Below, piece by piece: positions 1-11,500 of a stretch of DNA of 64,000 nt. This stretch comes from Mobula birostris (lineage: Eukaryota). The translations under genes and the position numbers were made by a program. Where the stretch lies: positions 19,569,309 to 19,633,308 of the forward strand of contig NC_092379.1 of NCBI RefSeq assembly GCF_030028105.1, in the 5' to 3' direction. Below the pieces are notes generated by a model, which was not told where the DNA came from, searched no databases, and saw only the letters and a program-made list of their open reading frames with translations. The first letter of the stretch is position 1, and every line of letters starts with the position of its first letter.

Positions 1-1805
1 CTCCGAAACGACTATGTTCGCTCCGTTAAAAATATTGACCAGATATTCACTTAGCGTTCATTAAACATCATCCCAGTTTGTAATTTACTCTGGGAAGTGC
101 ATGTATGTTCAGCAGTCCCTCCAAGACAGTTTATCCAAAGACCTGCTGTTAGTTCCTGCGTATTCATTTCATTGATTATTATCTCTGCAGTTAAAGCCTT
201 TCAGACTGCTAACAGATCTGCCAGCCTTGTGTGAGTGGCAAAGTTTGTCATGTGTGTTTCTGCCCAATATCTAAACCATGAATAAATCTAGTGAATAGTG
301 TCAGCACTGAACACATTGCTGCAGGTCACAGGGCATCACTGTCTACATATTGTCCCTTCTTTCTGTAGCTCTCCACTTTCTGAATGAGATCACTAAATGT
401 CTTCACAAAGTTGATGAAATATCTTTCCCTGTCAATTACCTTTGTATATTTGAAACTGCGGACCAATCCAGAATGTTCTGTCATCTGTACAGTAGAAACT
501 AGAATACACATACACCTATAACCATTTGAATGTCTGTCTGCCTGTCTATATAATGAAGGACAGAACCAACCAGGCAACACTTCCAGCCCCTCATGTTTGA
601 GTCACACAGTTGTATCCCAAAACATACCGGCACGGAACACTGGCAGCCGAATGCTTTCCGTACCTTCTTTATTGAACTTTGATTGCACAAACACAGGCTG
701 ACATTCAACCTCTCATGTAGTCTACAGAAGTTTCCAACAGGATCAGACCTGACACTAGGAAGTTTTTAAAAAAAACTGCAGGATCTCAGACATGTTAGTA
801 ATTTATTTTGATGTATTTAATCATGGAAATATATATTTCCATTTTGAGCTAATGAGAAAGAACTTGCAGGTAACCTTGCTTGTTTCAGGGAGATAAACCA
901 CATTGTTGTAGGATCAGCCACCAACTGGAGGTTGACCAGTGGGGTAGCTGGCCACGGGAATCTCTGCTGCAAAGAACTCAGTGACCTGACACTTGTCCTT
1001 TTATCTGATGAGGAAGTGTAGCTTTAGAGGGTTCCTACTGGGAATGGACTTTTTTATTCATCTGAAGTTTTCCTGGAATATTCTGCTCTTACACCATTCA
1101 GGCTAATATTTACACCAGGAGTGATCTCTCCACATCTAAAATGTAAAGGCTTTTTACTTTTGGAAATGAAAGAGAAATTGTGGAAAGTGTTCAGTGGGTT
1201 AGAAAACACTTGTGAACAGAGAAAGGGATAACATTGAGAGAGCATCACAAGTGTACTCTGTACCATTGCTTCAGCACTAGTTCTGTGCCTGGCTGAGTAC
1301 TGTGCATCTCTCTGGTTTACTGGAACTCAACAACTGTCTGGTGTCCAGTTACATTCCACGATGCCTGCTCCAGTGAAACTCAGTTCCTCCAGTTCTGCTG
1401 ACAGATAGACTTGCTTCATGTTTCTGAGATGCTGGTGTGAGAACATTGACCCTGCAGTCATTATTTCATCATTCCCTCACTGACAAGGCCGGCATTCCTT
1501 GCTCTGCTCCAGCAGGTCCGTCACAGAGCAGTGAAGAGTTTGGTGTGGGAATTATGGATACAGGTAAACAGGGTAGGAAGGGCAGTGTCCTTCACCAAAG
1601 AACATCAGTGAAATAGTTTGTAATCTAAAACTGGCTTGAAGCATTGAATGAACTCTGATTCTTTCCCACTCTCTGCCTCTGCATTATTAATCCACTCACA
1701 CAACTACAACAATGCCAGACTTGCCGTTACCTATTGACCTTGCTTGTCCCTGGGTTGTGGCTGTGGCAGAGGATGTCAACAGTACAGTGAATCTCAGAAT
1801 CATAC

Positions 1806-2129
1806 CTTGAATGTTTTTCACATCCTGCCTGACACTGGTGTTGGAGGGGGGATGAGACACTGTGCATCTGAAAACTGAGCCTTCCTTCCACTCCTCTGTG
1901 CTCACGGTCAGGTCGTAGCTGGCAATGAAAGTCCCTGCCTGTTCCAGAGCAGTTGGTCTCACACTGGTGTTGGAAGAGATCAGAGAGTCCCCTTTCTCCC
2001 AGGTGGCGGTTATTTGGTCCGGGTAGAATCCAGAGGCAACACACTCGAGGGTGACCGTGTTCCCACTGTTGGTCTCTCCCTCTGGCGGTGGCAGCAGTCT
2101 GACTTTGGGACTTTTTGTCTCCAGTGGAA
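1806..2129 (-). CDS. IGHW: Constant exon C4'' (paralogue of C4')
   Basis: Open exon, ccatcag|TT...CAAG|gtatg. 9 nt differences from C4' over the shared 318 nt by hand count. Acceptor is shifted 6 nt upstream. Confidence 0.88.
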
Positions 2130-2212
2130 CTGATGGGCAAACAATGGAAATGTCAAACATTTTTACTGAGGTAACCAACGTTGTCCATTTTAATCGCTGA
2201 CCTCTTGCCCAC

Positions 2213-2515
2213 CTTTGGTACTTTTTGTCCGTGCTGATACTGGTGAGGTTGCAGAAGGTTGTTGGGCAGAGCAAGTGTACTCCACCCCACTGGTCCACTC
2301 CTCCACACTGGTCTGGAGTTGGCTGATCACTGTATCTTGGGTTCCTTCCTCTCTTGGTTTTTTGGTCACATTTGCTTTAACTTTCTCCCTCTCGTTCACC
2401 TTCCAGTGGATTTGGACCTGGCTCAGATCAGCACCCACAATCATACACACCAGAGTAGCGGTCTGGTTGATCCACATCTCTTCAATGGAGGGATTTTGGA
2501 TAAAGACGGACAACT
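2213..2515 (-). CDS. IGHW: Constant exon C3'' (paralogue of C3')
   Basis: 303-nt open exon with AG/GT sites. 6 nt differences from C3' by hand count. Confidence 0.9.
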
Positions 2516-3389
2516 CTGTAGATGAGTAATAGAAAACTTACAAACTGGACGATATCTATTGTCAGCTGGCTTGACAACTTCAGCTCAGACTTATCCTGAA
2601 GCTCAACTTGTACATAATTGTACAATGGGGTGAAATCAGGTTTGTCTGCAGAGTGGGTTTGCTCATCTCTGTTTACAACCTTTGAATGAGAAAACAAAAT
2701 CAAACATCAAGGAGCTTCTTTCCTTGGGACCCAGTTGGGTCACAACAGGGACTACAGGACAGTTGCCCAGCTACGTGACATTTAGCTGCTGCAATGCCAA
2801 TCAAATGCACTATCAGAGCTGTCAATTGCAATGAGAGATGCAGTTTCTCATGAAAGATGACATTTCCTGAAATCTTCTTGTCTTGGAGCATGTGAGAGCC
2901 TGTAGATCCATTTGTGACATTGAGCTGAATCAATGAGCTGCCTCATATCTGTTAGGACTGAGCCTGAGATTCCTCCAGAATGAAAATTCTGATGCTGACT
3001 TTCGAATCTCCCATGAAAAATCTCTCTTTTCATTTCTGTAACTTGCCTGCCCTAGTCAATGATCTCACTTTGTTCCAGTTGTCCTATTCACTTCATCTAT
3101 TTCCATCTCTACACTTTAAACCTCCCTGCCATTCTATTTCCTGTGGAGTCTGCTTTTCACTTGCTGGACACTCATAGACATGGCTTTGTGTCCCATCATC
3201 CACATCATTAGTAATATCAGTGAATAGTTGCAGGGCGGACAAAGATCATTGCAGGGCACTGCTCACGATTAAATCCTGCTGGGTTCAGTCCCCTGTCACA
3301 TGACACAGTGATAATGGAGTTGTTGATGAATGATTGCAAACAATTTCAGTCCATTAGTCTACAGCAGATCCAGGCATGGTGTGGGGCAG

Positions 3390-4985
3390 CCACCTCAGGC
3401 CAACATCGGGCAGTCACTGGAAGAGCTGAGCGCCGTGATCAGTAAACACGAAATAGCACACCCGGATATGAACCAGGACATCTTGAGGAAGTCTCTGAAC
3501 AATGACCACTCACATATCTCCTGTGGAACCAGAGGAGCCAACACTTGACCACTGTGATACCACCATCAACCACGGTTACCGTGCCAGCACATGGCCACAC
3601 TTTGGTAAGGCTGATCACCTGGATGTACTTCAACTCCCAGCATATAGGCAGAGACTAAAGACCACAGTGTTGGTAGCAAGGACCAAGAAGATATCGTCAA
3701 GGAAGGCAGAAGTGCGCCGACAGGACTTTTGAGTTGGTGAACTGGATAATATTACTGCACAACAATTTTTTCAAAAATGTTGCTTCCTCAGAGTTTTTTT
3801 TGTTTATGATAGACTGCTTGAAGTTGAACACAAATATAATTTCAGACTACTTGGATCACGTAGGAATTTGGAGAAACAACAAATTAACTTTTATTGAATA
3901 TAATGTGTTTAATTGCATAATGGTGCTGATGCTTTGCAATAGTTCAACTAAGATGAAAATATTTTGTTAATGATTTTCATTTGTGCTCAATGTCTGCGGC
4001 TTCTTGCTTAACTGTCCAACAATAATCCACCAGCATTGATGGATTCCAGTTGCCCTGATATCTTTTCTCCATGACCGCAACGTCCTGGTGAAACCTCTCA
4101 CCATGCTCGTCACTAACAGCACCAAAATTTGCAAGAAGTCTAAATGGGAGTGGAGAAAATGAATCTTTAGTGACATGTTGCATTTCAAGGTTTTGTATGC
4201 TTGAAGCATGCTTTCAACCAGCTGCATGTAGTTTGGTGCTCTATAGATACCGAGAAAAGTTTCAACAACTTCCTTGAATGACTTGTGATTTTCTCCGGTC
4301 CCACTAGAAATTCTTCAAATTGCCTGTCATTGATGACCTGTTTGATTTGTGGACCAACAAAAATGCTTTCCTTAATCTTGGCATCAGTTATTCTGGGAAG
4401 CATCTGTCTCAAATATCAAAATCCTTCATAGAAATGTTTGTGCCTGGTGATAACAAATTCCATCCTTACAGTCCTGAACCCAAAAATTATTACTAAAAAC
4501 TGTCCTGCCATGCAGCAGCCGCGCCGCCTAAGCATGCCTGGACAAGATAGGAATCTTTCCAGCTTACATTGTAGGCAACATTTTAATTGACTTGAATTAT
4601 GAATTGAAATAATAAACATAGGTGACTTCAAAAATGGTGCGTGATAGGGAAATTTCATGATGATTTTCATGATCGGTAGCCCAAAATTCAAAAGATACAG
4701 CTAAAGGTATTCAGGAAGCAAGATCTTTGTTGTCCAGTGTATTCAGAGACTTATCTTCAAATCGGAATGAATATGCCACAGTTGTCACCAACTTTGTCAA
4801 ACCCTGTGTGGATAAGTGTGTGCCTTCAAGAACATACCGGACATACCCAAAGCAAAAGCTGTGGATGGACCAGGAGATTTGTAGTCTGCTGAGGGCTCGA
4901 TTTATGGCAGTCCAGGCTGGTGATCTAGCATTAGACAAGAAGCCCAGGTACGACCTGCGGAAGGCTATTTTAAGAGTGAATAAAC
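3390..4985 (+). mobile_element. Rex1/Babar-clade LINE fragment (endonuclease region), split by a DNA transposon
   Basis: Degenerate frames read TLDHCDTTI...HFGKADH... and, after 4740, EYATVVTNF...CVPSRTYRTYP.QK.WM. Confidence 0.75.
3753..4739 (-). mobile_element. Internally deleted DNA transposon, probably Chapaev3-like (CMC superfamily)
   Basis: Transposase C-terminus MSLKIHFLHSHLDF...GAVSDEHGERFHQD...RYQG.W...DYCW. Termini (T)ACTGCACAACAA / TTGTTGTCCAGTG with a 3-bp TAT duplication that restores the Rex1 sequence. Family name is from memory of the motif and TSD length. Confidence 0.75.
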
Positions 4986-5295
4986 TCATCTTGGTCAAGA
5001 TGATGCCAGAATGCAATCCTCGCTCGGTCAACCTCTTCCAGATAGCTCATGAAGATATCCTTTTTTGGTCTTTTATGTCTGTTTTTCTCCTTAAATATGT
5101 TTCTGGGACTGTTAGAGTTAGAGACTGCGATTTTGATTGGAGATTGTTTCAGTGATCCAGTACCTTGCTGACTCTGAGAAGATCCTGAGCATGTACTCAG
5201 ATCACCTCGATGCAATGAAACTTCAAGACAGGGTGCGAGCCGACGATTGACTCCATTTCGCCATTTAAAGCATTCATTAAGCGAGTGAACGTCTT

Positions 5296-5828
5296 GGCGC
5301 CGATGCCTGTCTTTTGATCGCTGCTGGAGATGGATTCTGTGAGCGGCCTTTTGCTTTGTGTCTTGCTGTGACAGGCGGGTCGGCCTCTCTGCCTCGTGTG
5401 GTGTCCCTCTCCTGTCTTTCAATGAATGTCGGTGATATCGGAGATGGTATTGTGGTTCTGTATTTGTGGATTCGACTGTTGTGTTTATGGACTGTGGACA
5501 TTTTCAGACTTATATTCTGTGTTTTTTATCGCCCGTTCCTTTTCTGTTTTGTAGTGTGAGGGGAGGGTGTTTGGGGGTCGGTGTTCTGTTAGCTTTTTGT
5601 GTGGGGGAGGGGTTGTTTTGTGGGGTCGGTGTTACTGTTCTGTTTTGTGAAGGGGGGTATCGGGGGGGGATTGATGATTGGGATGCCATTTTTGTCAGTG
5701 GGGGGATGGGGTGAGTTTCATGTTTCTCTCTGAACGACTTTCATGTTCTTTCTTGTTTTCGTGGCTATCTGGAGAACACAAATTTTAAGTTGTATGTGGA
5801 TACAGGCTTTGATAATAATGAACCTTTG
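5296..5828 (+). mobile_element. Non-autonomous retroelement or LINE 3' end (second copy at 48666-49222)
   Basis: Two similar copies with a G/T-rich body, ATAATAA and a CTTTGA-type tail. Confidence 0.7.
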
Positions 5829-5924
5829 TACAATTCCAATTGAACTTAGTGAAGGAATCAGATGCCCTTCAGCTCTGTCAGACTTTTCAGGCCATTACTT
5901 CCTACAAGGTGAAACCTAACAACA

Positions 5925-7420
5925 TCACTGTGATGTTGTTAAACATGTTTTTTGCAGGTTTCTCAGTTATGTCCCATATCAGCACTGTCTTGATGTTCAG
6001 CAGTCACTTGGAAATGTTCCCCTTATTGCTGAATGCTGGTGTTATTCCACAAGAAGTATAGAATTCTGTCAATGCTTGAGTAATTCTAACAAAACATTCT
6101 TCTTTCTGGTATTCCTTGGGATCACTGAGTTGCCCTCTTGGACTGAATTCAGTGTCCGGCACGTGGACCAATGTAACTTTAGCAATTTGTCTGATCCAGG
6201 ATTTAAACACAAAGCATAACAGATTGGACAGGAGACTGGTTAGACCCCTGTGTCTTGTCTCACCGATTTGTCTTGTGCCCAACATTATCAAAGGGTCATC
6301 CGTCCTTTGACAGAGTCAATTTAGAATTTCAGCCCCGTTCACCTTCATCACCTCATGCCTCACAGCCATTGGGTGAAAAACAGGTTCCAGTTCTTGCTGA
6401 CTGGAGTTAGACAACAGGGAATCTGGCCAAAGAAACTGGAATTGGGATCTGAGTCACACTGAAGCAACAATGTACACAAATGAATGAGTGTATGGACAAC
6501 CAGAAACACAGGAGATTCTACAGATGCTGGAAATCTTGAACAACACACACAAAGTGCTGGAGGAACTCGGCAAGTCAGGCAGCATCTATGGATGGAAATA
6601 AACAGTCGATATTTTGGGCTGAGAGATTTCACTGGTACAGGAAAGGAAGTGGGCAGAAGCCAGAATAAGAAGGTGGGAGGAGTAGAGAGGAATACATTCT
6701 GTCAGATGAGAGGTGAGACCAGGTGAGGGGGAAAGTGTGTGGATGGGGGAGGCAGTATGAAGTAAGAAGCTGGTAGGGCATAAGTGGAAGAGATAAATGG
6801 CTGAAACAGAAGGAATCTGAGAGGACAGTGGACCATGGAGGGAAGTGCAGGAGAAGGGGAACCAAATGGAAATGATGGGAAGGTGAGGAGAAACGAAGGG
6901 ATGAGGGTGTATCTAGTATGAGGAATAGAATAAAAGGGAGAATAAAGGAGTGGGGGATCATTACTGGAAGTTAAAAAATAAGTATTCATGGAATCAGTTT
7001 GGCAGGTACCTGGATGGAATATGAGGTGTTGCTACTCCAACCTGACTTTGGCCTCACCATGGCAGTAGAGGAGCCCATGGACAGACATGACAGAATGGGA
7101 ATGGAAAGTCAAATTGAAATAGGTGGCCACGAGGATAATAGAAATGTGATTGGAGAGGTAGTCAGTTTCAATCGTGTTTTATTCTCTCTCTGTTAAACTT
7201 CAATCCCAATGGATACCAGAGGCAGGTCTAGAATCCAGTAAGTGGATAGCAATAAAATTCATTGATGAATTGTATACACAGCCAATCACTTTATTTCACA
7301 CTTTCCTGCTGAACAATGATACTGTTGGGTAGAACCATCGGAGAATGTTGCATTGAGATTACTCTGGTAAAAGAACTTTGGCACAGGCTCCGAAAAACAG
7401 CTGGGACATTTTCCACCTGG
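5925..7420. repeat. Segmental duplication, homologous to ~62400-63920
   Basis: Colinear match (e.g. cactgtgatgttgttaa...aaacagctgggacattttc), including a shared Penelope-derived fragment. Confidence 0.93.
6500..7130. mobile_element. Penelope-derived fragment shared by both clusters (also ~63010-63650)
   Basis: Contains the common elasmobranch repeat caaaatgctggaggaactc...gcagcatct and purine-rich sequence I associate with Penelope termini. Confidence 0.55.
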
Positions 7421-7657
7421 AAATGGAAGATTCATAGATTTAAGTGTTAGATATTTTTACCTCTTTTCCCATGCTTGGAAAAAAGGAAGCCCCACATATT
7501 CCCACTCTGTATCCTTTGTATATCACATCCTATCAGGATGAGGTTTTGTCAGCCATGATAAATGAATGTGCTCTCTGAACCTGGTCGAGGATCTGAGGAC
7601 ACAAGGTCACAACATTCACTTGAGGATTGGGCATCAATTCAAAATTAATCCCGCCAC

Positions 7658-7725
7658 CTACATTTCAGTGAGTGGACAATCGACAGAAGAGTCTGTCAGG
7701 AAACACTGGAAATAGACTCTGGAGA
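7658..7725 (-). CDS. Putative short-form secretory tail exon (VSRVYFQCFLTDSSVDCPLTEM*)
   Basis: ttgtatttgtttcag| acceptor, phase-1 reading gives two Cys and a stop. Position lies between the C1/C2 region and C3-type exons, where IgW has its short-form secretory exon. AATAAA on the minus strand at 7290-7295. Identification rests on position and composition, not an alignment. Confidence 0.6.
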
Positions 7726-7892
7726 CTGAAACAAATACAAAATTGCAGAGATATTTTTTTGAGGAACTAACACTGAGAAGACAGTGAAAAGGGAACAGGG
7801 AGATTTTCTCTAGAAGGTAAAACATGGGACGTGAGCTTTGCTCACTAAATTATTTTCATTATAACTACAAACATAGACAACTAAAATTATTG

Positions 7893-8349
7893 CACCAACA
7901 CCGCCGGGTATTTCTTATTTTTTTTTAGCATGTCATACCAGACATTCAGCCATTCTTGTCTGGCACGTGGTGTCAGGATTAACCGGGTCACGTTATGAAC
8001 GTTCCTGACTCGACCCTTATATATTTCTTACGAGGCCAAGTGGCTATCTCGACACTCAACCGGGCACGGATGGACAGCGTGCTCGGGAGTGGGGAAAGCG
8101 TGCTAGGGAGTGGCCTAACCAGGATTTGAACTCGGGAACATTCGCTCCAGAATCTGGTGCTGATCTCACTGCGCCACCAGCCGGCCTGGAATTTCTTAAT
8201 TCCAGTGGTGATGTCCCCACTGTTAGTGGACCATGTCTGACTGATGCTCTCAGGCTAATAGTCCTTGACCAGACAGAGGAGGCTGATGCCTTGGTCAGAT
8301 TCTGTGTTGCAGGAAGGAGTGATGTAGACTGATGGTGCGGACTTGACCT
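7893..8349 (-). pseudogene. IGHW: Truncated IgW C1 exon (EVKSAPSVYITPSCNTESDQGISLLCLVKDY*PESISQTWSTNSGDITTGIKK[SINE]YPAVL)
   Basis: ttccatttcag|AG acceptor, light-chain-binding-type Cys (PSC), CLVKDY motif and Trp. In-frame TAG at 8255-8257. Ig similarity stops after PAVL. Confidence 0.88.
7918..8183 (-). mobile_element. tRNA-derived SINE inserted in C1
   Basis: A box TGGCGCAGTGAG, B box GAGTTCAAATCC, A-rich tail, and a degenerate 15-bp target-site duplication (TAAGAAATTCCAGGC / TAAGAAATACCCGGC). Confidence 0.85.
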
Positions 8350-11300
8350 CTGAAATGGAAAGAAATTCACAGGCGGTTCTCTGAATAAATGCATTACTGG
8401 CAGAGAAAGGAGACGTTTTATAAAGCAGTAATTTTCAAAATTATTCACCTCATGAAACAAAGCTGATATCACTTTAACACTCAGCTGTGAGTCTGTGTCG
8501 CTGAGGTAGGAGGGTGTGGATCAATCCCACAGTGGCAACTTGGACTCACAATCCAGGCCAACACTTCAGTGCAGGACTGAGGCAGTGACCCAATGTCCGA
8601 TTGGTGGAATTTCAGCCAAAATACCAAAGTGACAATCTGTCTCTCCTCCAAATACAATTCCTGATTCGGAAAAGTCTGTTAGCACTTGATCAATGAAGTT
8701 TACAAAAAAAGTAAGATTTAGAAGTAACTTATTGGAATAATTCTGATGTGTTCAGTGTTGCTGTTGATGAGAGGAGTGATTGGTGTGGATATAGTGGTAC
8801 CGAGTCTCCAGCACCATGTGTGCAGTATAGTGGAGGTTGGGAAATGGACTCTGCTTCTGAAATTCAACTCAACAGACTACATGATGCAGCTGACACTGCC
8901 TCACATATTTACCGTGTGTGACTGAGCAAGAATTCCAACCCCACTGAGTCTGTGGAAACTACTGGCTAACTGGGAGGGAATGGTAACTTGCATCAGAAAG
9001 GACAGAGGAACTGTGGAAATACATTAGCCCAGACTCTGTGGAGAAGTGTCGGCCAACACAACCGACAGTGACGATGAGATTCCTGGGGAGATGGAGAATT
9101 CTCAAAGTGTTGTTAGATGTAGGTGATATTCTCACTGAACGACCAGCCCAGAGAGGAAATGCAGGTTGTAGCAATTCCCAACCACTTAAGGTGTGAAATA
9201 CACTTGAAAGCACTGTTTCTTAATTCATTTCACAGGAAAAGGAGACGTGTTGACTTACTAAGGTAGGTAAAGGTGTGAAGATCAATTAGCTAATTGACCA
9301 ATTGACAGCTTTGACAGGTGGATATGTGGTTTGACCAGTTGTCAGAGTTACCTTGAACAGTGTTGTGGACGGGGTTTGTTCTGACCCACTGACGTGACAT
9401 CATTCACCTCATGATTGACACTGTCAATGACAGATTGTTGCTGGTGGATGAGGTTAAAATCACCCAAAAAGACTGTGTGGACACAGCAGGAGCTCTGGGA
9501 GTAGGAGACTAGCGGGAGGGTATGTGTCAGACAGTGTGAATTGCAGTAGATGAGGGCTTTGTTGCCCAACAGTAAGATGGTCAACAGACACACACAGGCT
9601 TCAGATCGATTCTGCTATTGGAAGGGCAGCAAATTCAACATTTGGAGTGGAAGTGGAGTGGTGGGAAGGTCACAATTTCATTCAGGGGCAAAATAATGAA
9701 ATATTCACTTCACAGTCATCACTCTGGGACAAAAGGCATAAAATATTGAAATCTGGGTTTCAAATAGAATGAATATAAATCAATAACTATCTCAAGTAGA
9801 TAGGAATCGATATAATGTAACTGGTCAGTAATGACAGCTGCATTGTTTTGAACCATTTCAAGGTGACACTGGGGACTGTGAACTCAGAATATTTGCCTTC
9901 CTGAGCAAACACAGGTGATTCAGGTTGACAGGACAGGCAGAGCAGAGAAATGGTCCCTTTCTCATTCCTTTCAGACTGGGCCTGAAACAACCAGTGAAAT
10001 GCTGACGTCAGACTCCCCATCGGGGACACAACTTCTGTCAAACAGTGGGACAAGCTGACCTGTGCTGTGATTGAAGTGTCACAGGAGAGAAAGCACAGGG
10101 CACGGTGCCAGCCGGACCATGTCCACACAGACCGGGCTGAATGGTGCTGGTTCAAACCTACTGGGACTCTCCCCACACTCCTACACTGGGAAAGGTGGGA
10201 CCTCACTGGGTTTCTGGATGCTGGCGGCTTGTGTTGAGGTGTATCAGGGCCTCAGCATTAAATAGCCTCAGACAACACCCTGCTGGGACTCTGGGTCCAG
10301 AACACCCTGATGGGAGGGGTTTGTCTTGTGTTAATGCTGTCATGTAATTAACAGGTTCAAAATGACTTGGAAACATTAAAGTTAATGTAAATTCCTGTGG
10401 CAACAATTAATTTTGCATATTTTGTTTAAAATAATAAATCTGAAATGCATTAAAACATAATAATCAGACAGAAATCATTCCTGGATAAATCCCTTCCCAA
10501 GGCCCGGAATCCCCAGTCAGATGAATGGAAAATGTGATCCTTTGTCAGGTCCGGCCTGTGAGGGAAACGTGGAGGTGGATTTCCCAGTGTTACCCTGGGA
10601 ATTCCAGCAGGACCTGGTGCCATGTGGTAGTGTGTGGTCACTGCTCTGGAGGCATATGTCACTCAGTAAATCCTGGGTTACAGTGGTCTGTGGAACTGTG
10701 AGATTGACTCCAGTGTAAGTGACTGAACACTAGTTGTCTCCTTCAGACTGCCAGGCACAACCAGCACCATTTCACCCACACTATCCTCAGCTTCCCAGGT
10801 AGACAGTACCTCAGGAAAGGGCTGGTCAGCTGTAGTCTGAGGAGCCTTACTGCTCTTTATCAGTGTCAACCCCTGACAGCAGGGGAATTGCTGGCCCAAA
10901 GACTAGGGACCATATGGATGGCCTATAACTAACTAGTGTTTGTCTATTCATCTACTGCATAGTCAGAATTCAGCTGAGGACTTCTCAGTGGTGGGGAACT
11001 TTAGGAATTGTAGGCCGAAAGTGACCATTCCCTTCCAACATCACCCAAGCGGACTAGATTGTCATGTCGTAGTTCAGTTTGTGGGAACAAGATGCAGACA
11101 AGTTGGAGGTTTAGTCCCCCACATGAAGTGACACACTGCAGAAGTACTTGCTGGGTTGGAAAAGGCTCTGGGATGTTCTGGGGTTGTAGAAGTCAATGAA
11201 AAACAGATTGTTTTCTTGAAAATAAATTCTGTAAAATAACACTGGAAACAGCGTAGTTGCCAGAAATCAGACTGACGGAGTCTGGTGAAAGGTCACTGAT

Positions 11301-11500
11301 GTGAAACATTCACTCTGCTTCTCACCCACAGATGTTCCCTGAGCTGCTCAGTGTCGGCAGTGCAGGAGGCACAATAATGTCAGTCGGTGAGATTTGCAGC
11401 TGAGGATCTTTTACATCCCGGGACCAGCAGGTGGTAAGTACAGTTCTGTCTGGATCAGTGATCCTCTGGGTCTTTGTAAAAACACCCAACAAACTGACTG

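Larger units (their letters stand above)
1..2880. repeat. Segmental duplication, homologous to ~48350-52000
   Basis: Colinear near-identity including C3/C4-type exons and unique intron sequence. The upper copy has extra insertions at 48666-49222 and ~50570-50790. Confidence 0.95.

Noticed and set aside
8110-8183. tRNA gene (also 22812-22880)
   Set aside because: The A and B boxes run into SINE bodies and tails; these are SINE heads.
9787-10899. ORFs in the V-C1 interval as a hidden C2 or other Ig exon
   Set aside because: No Cys-Trp-Cys spacing or phase-1 splice pair, and they lie 5' of C1.
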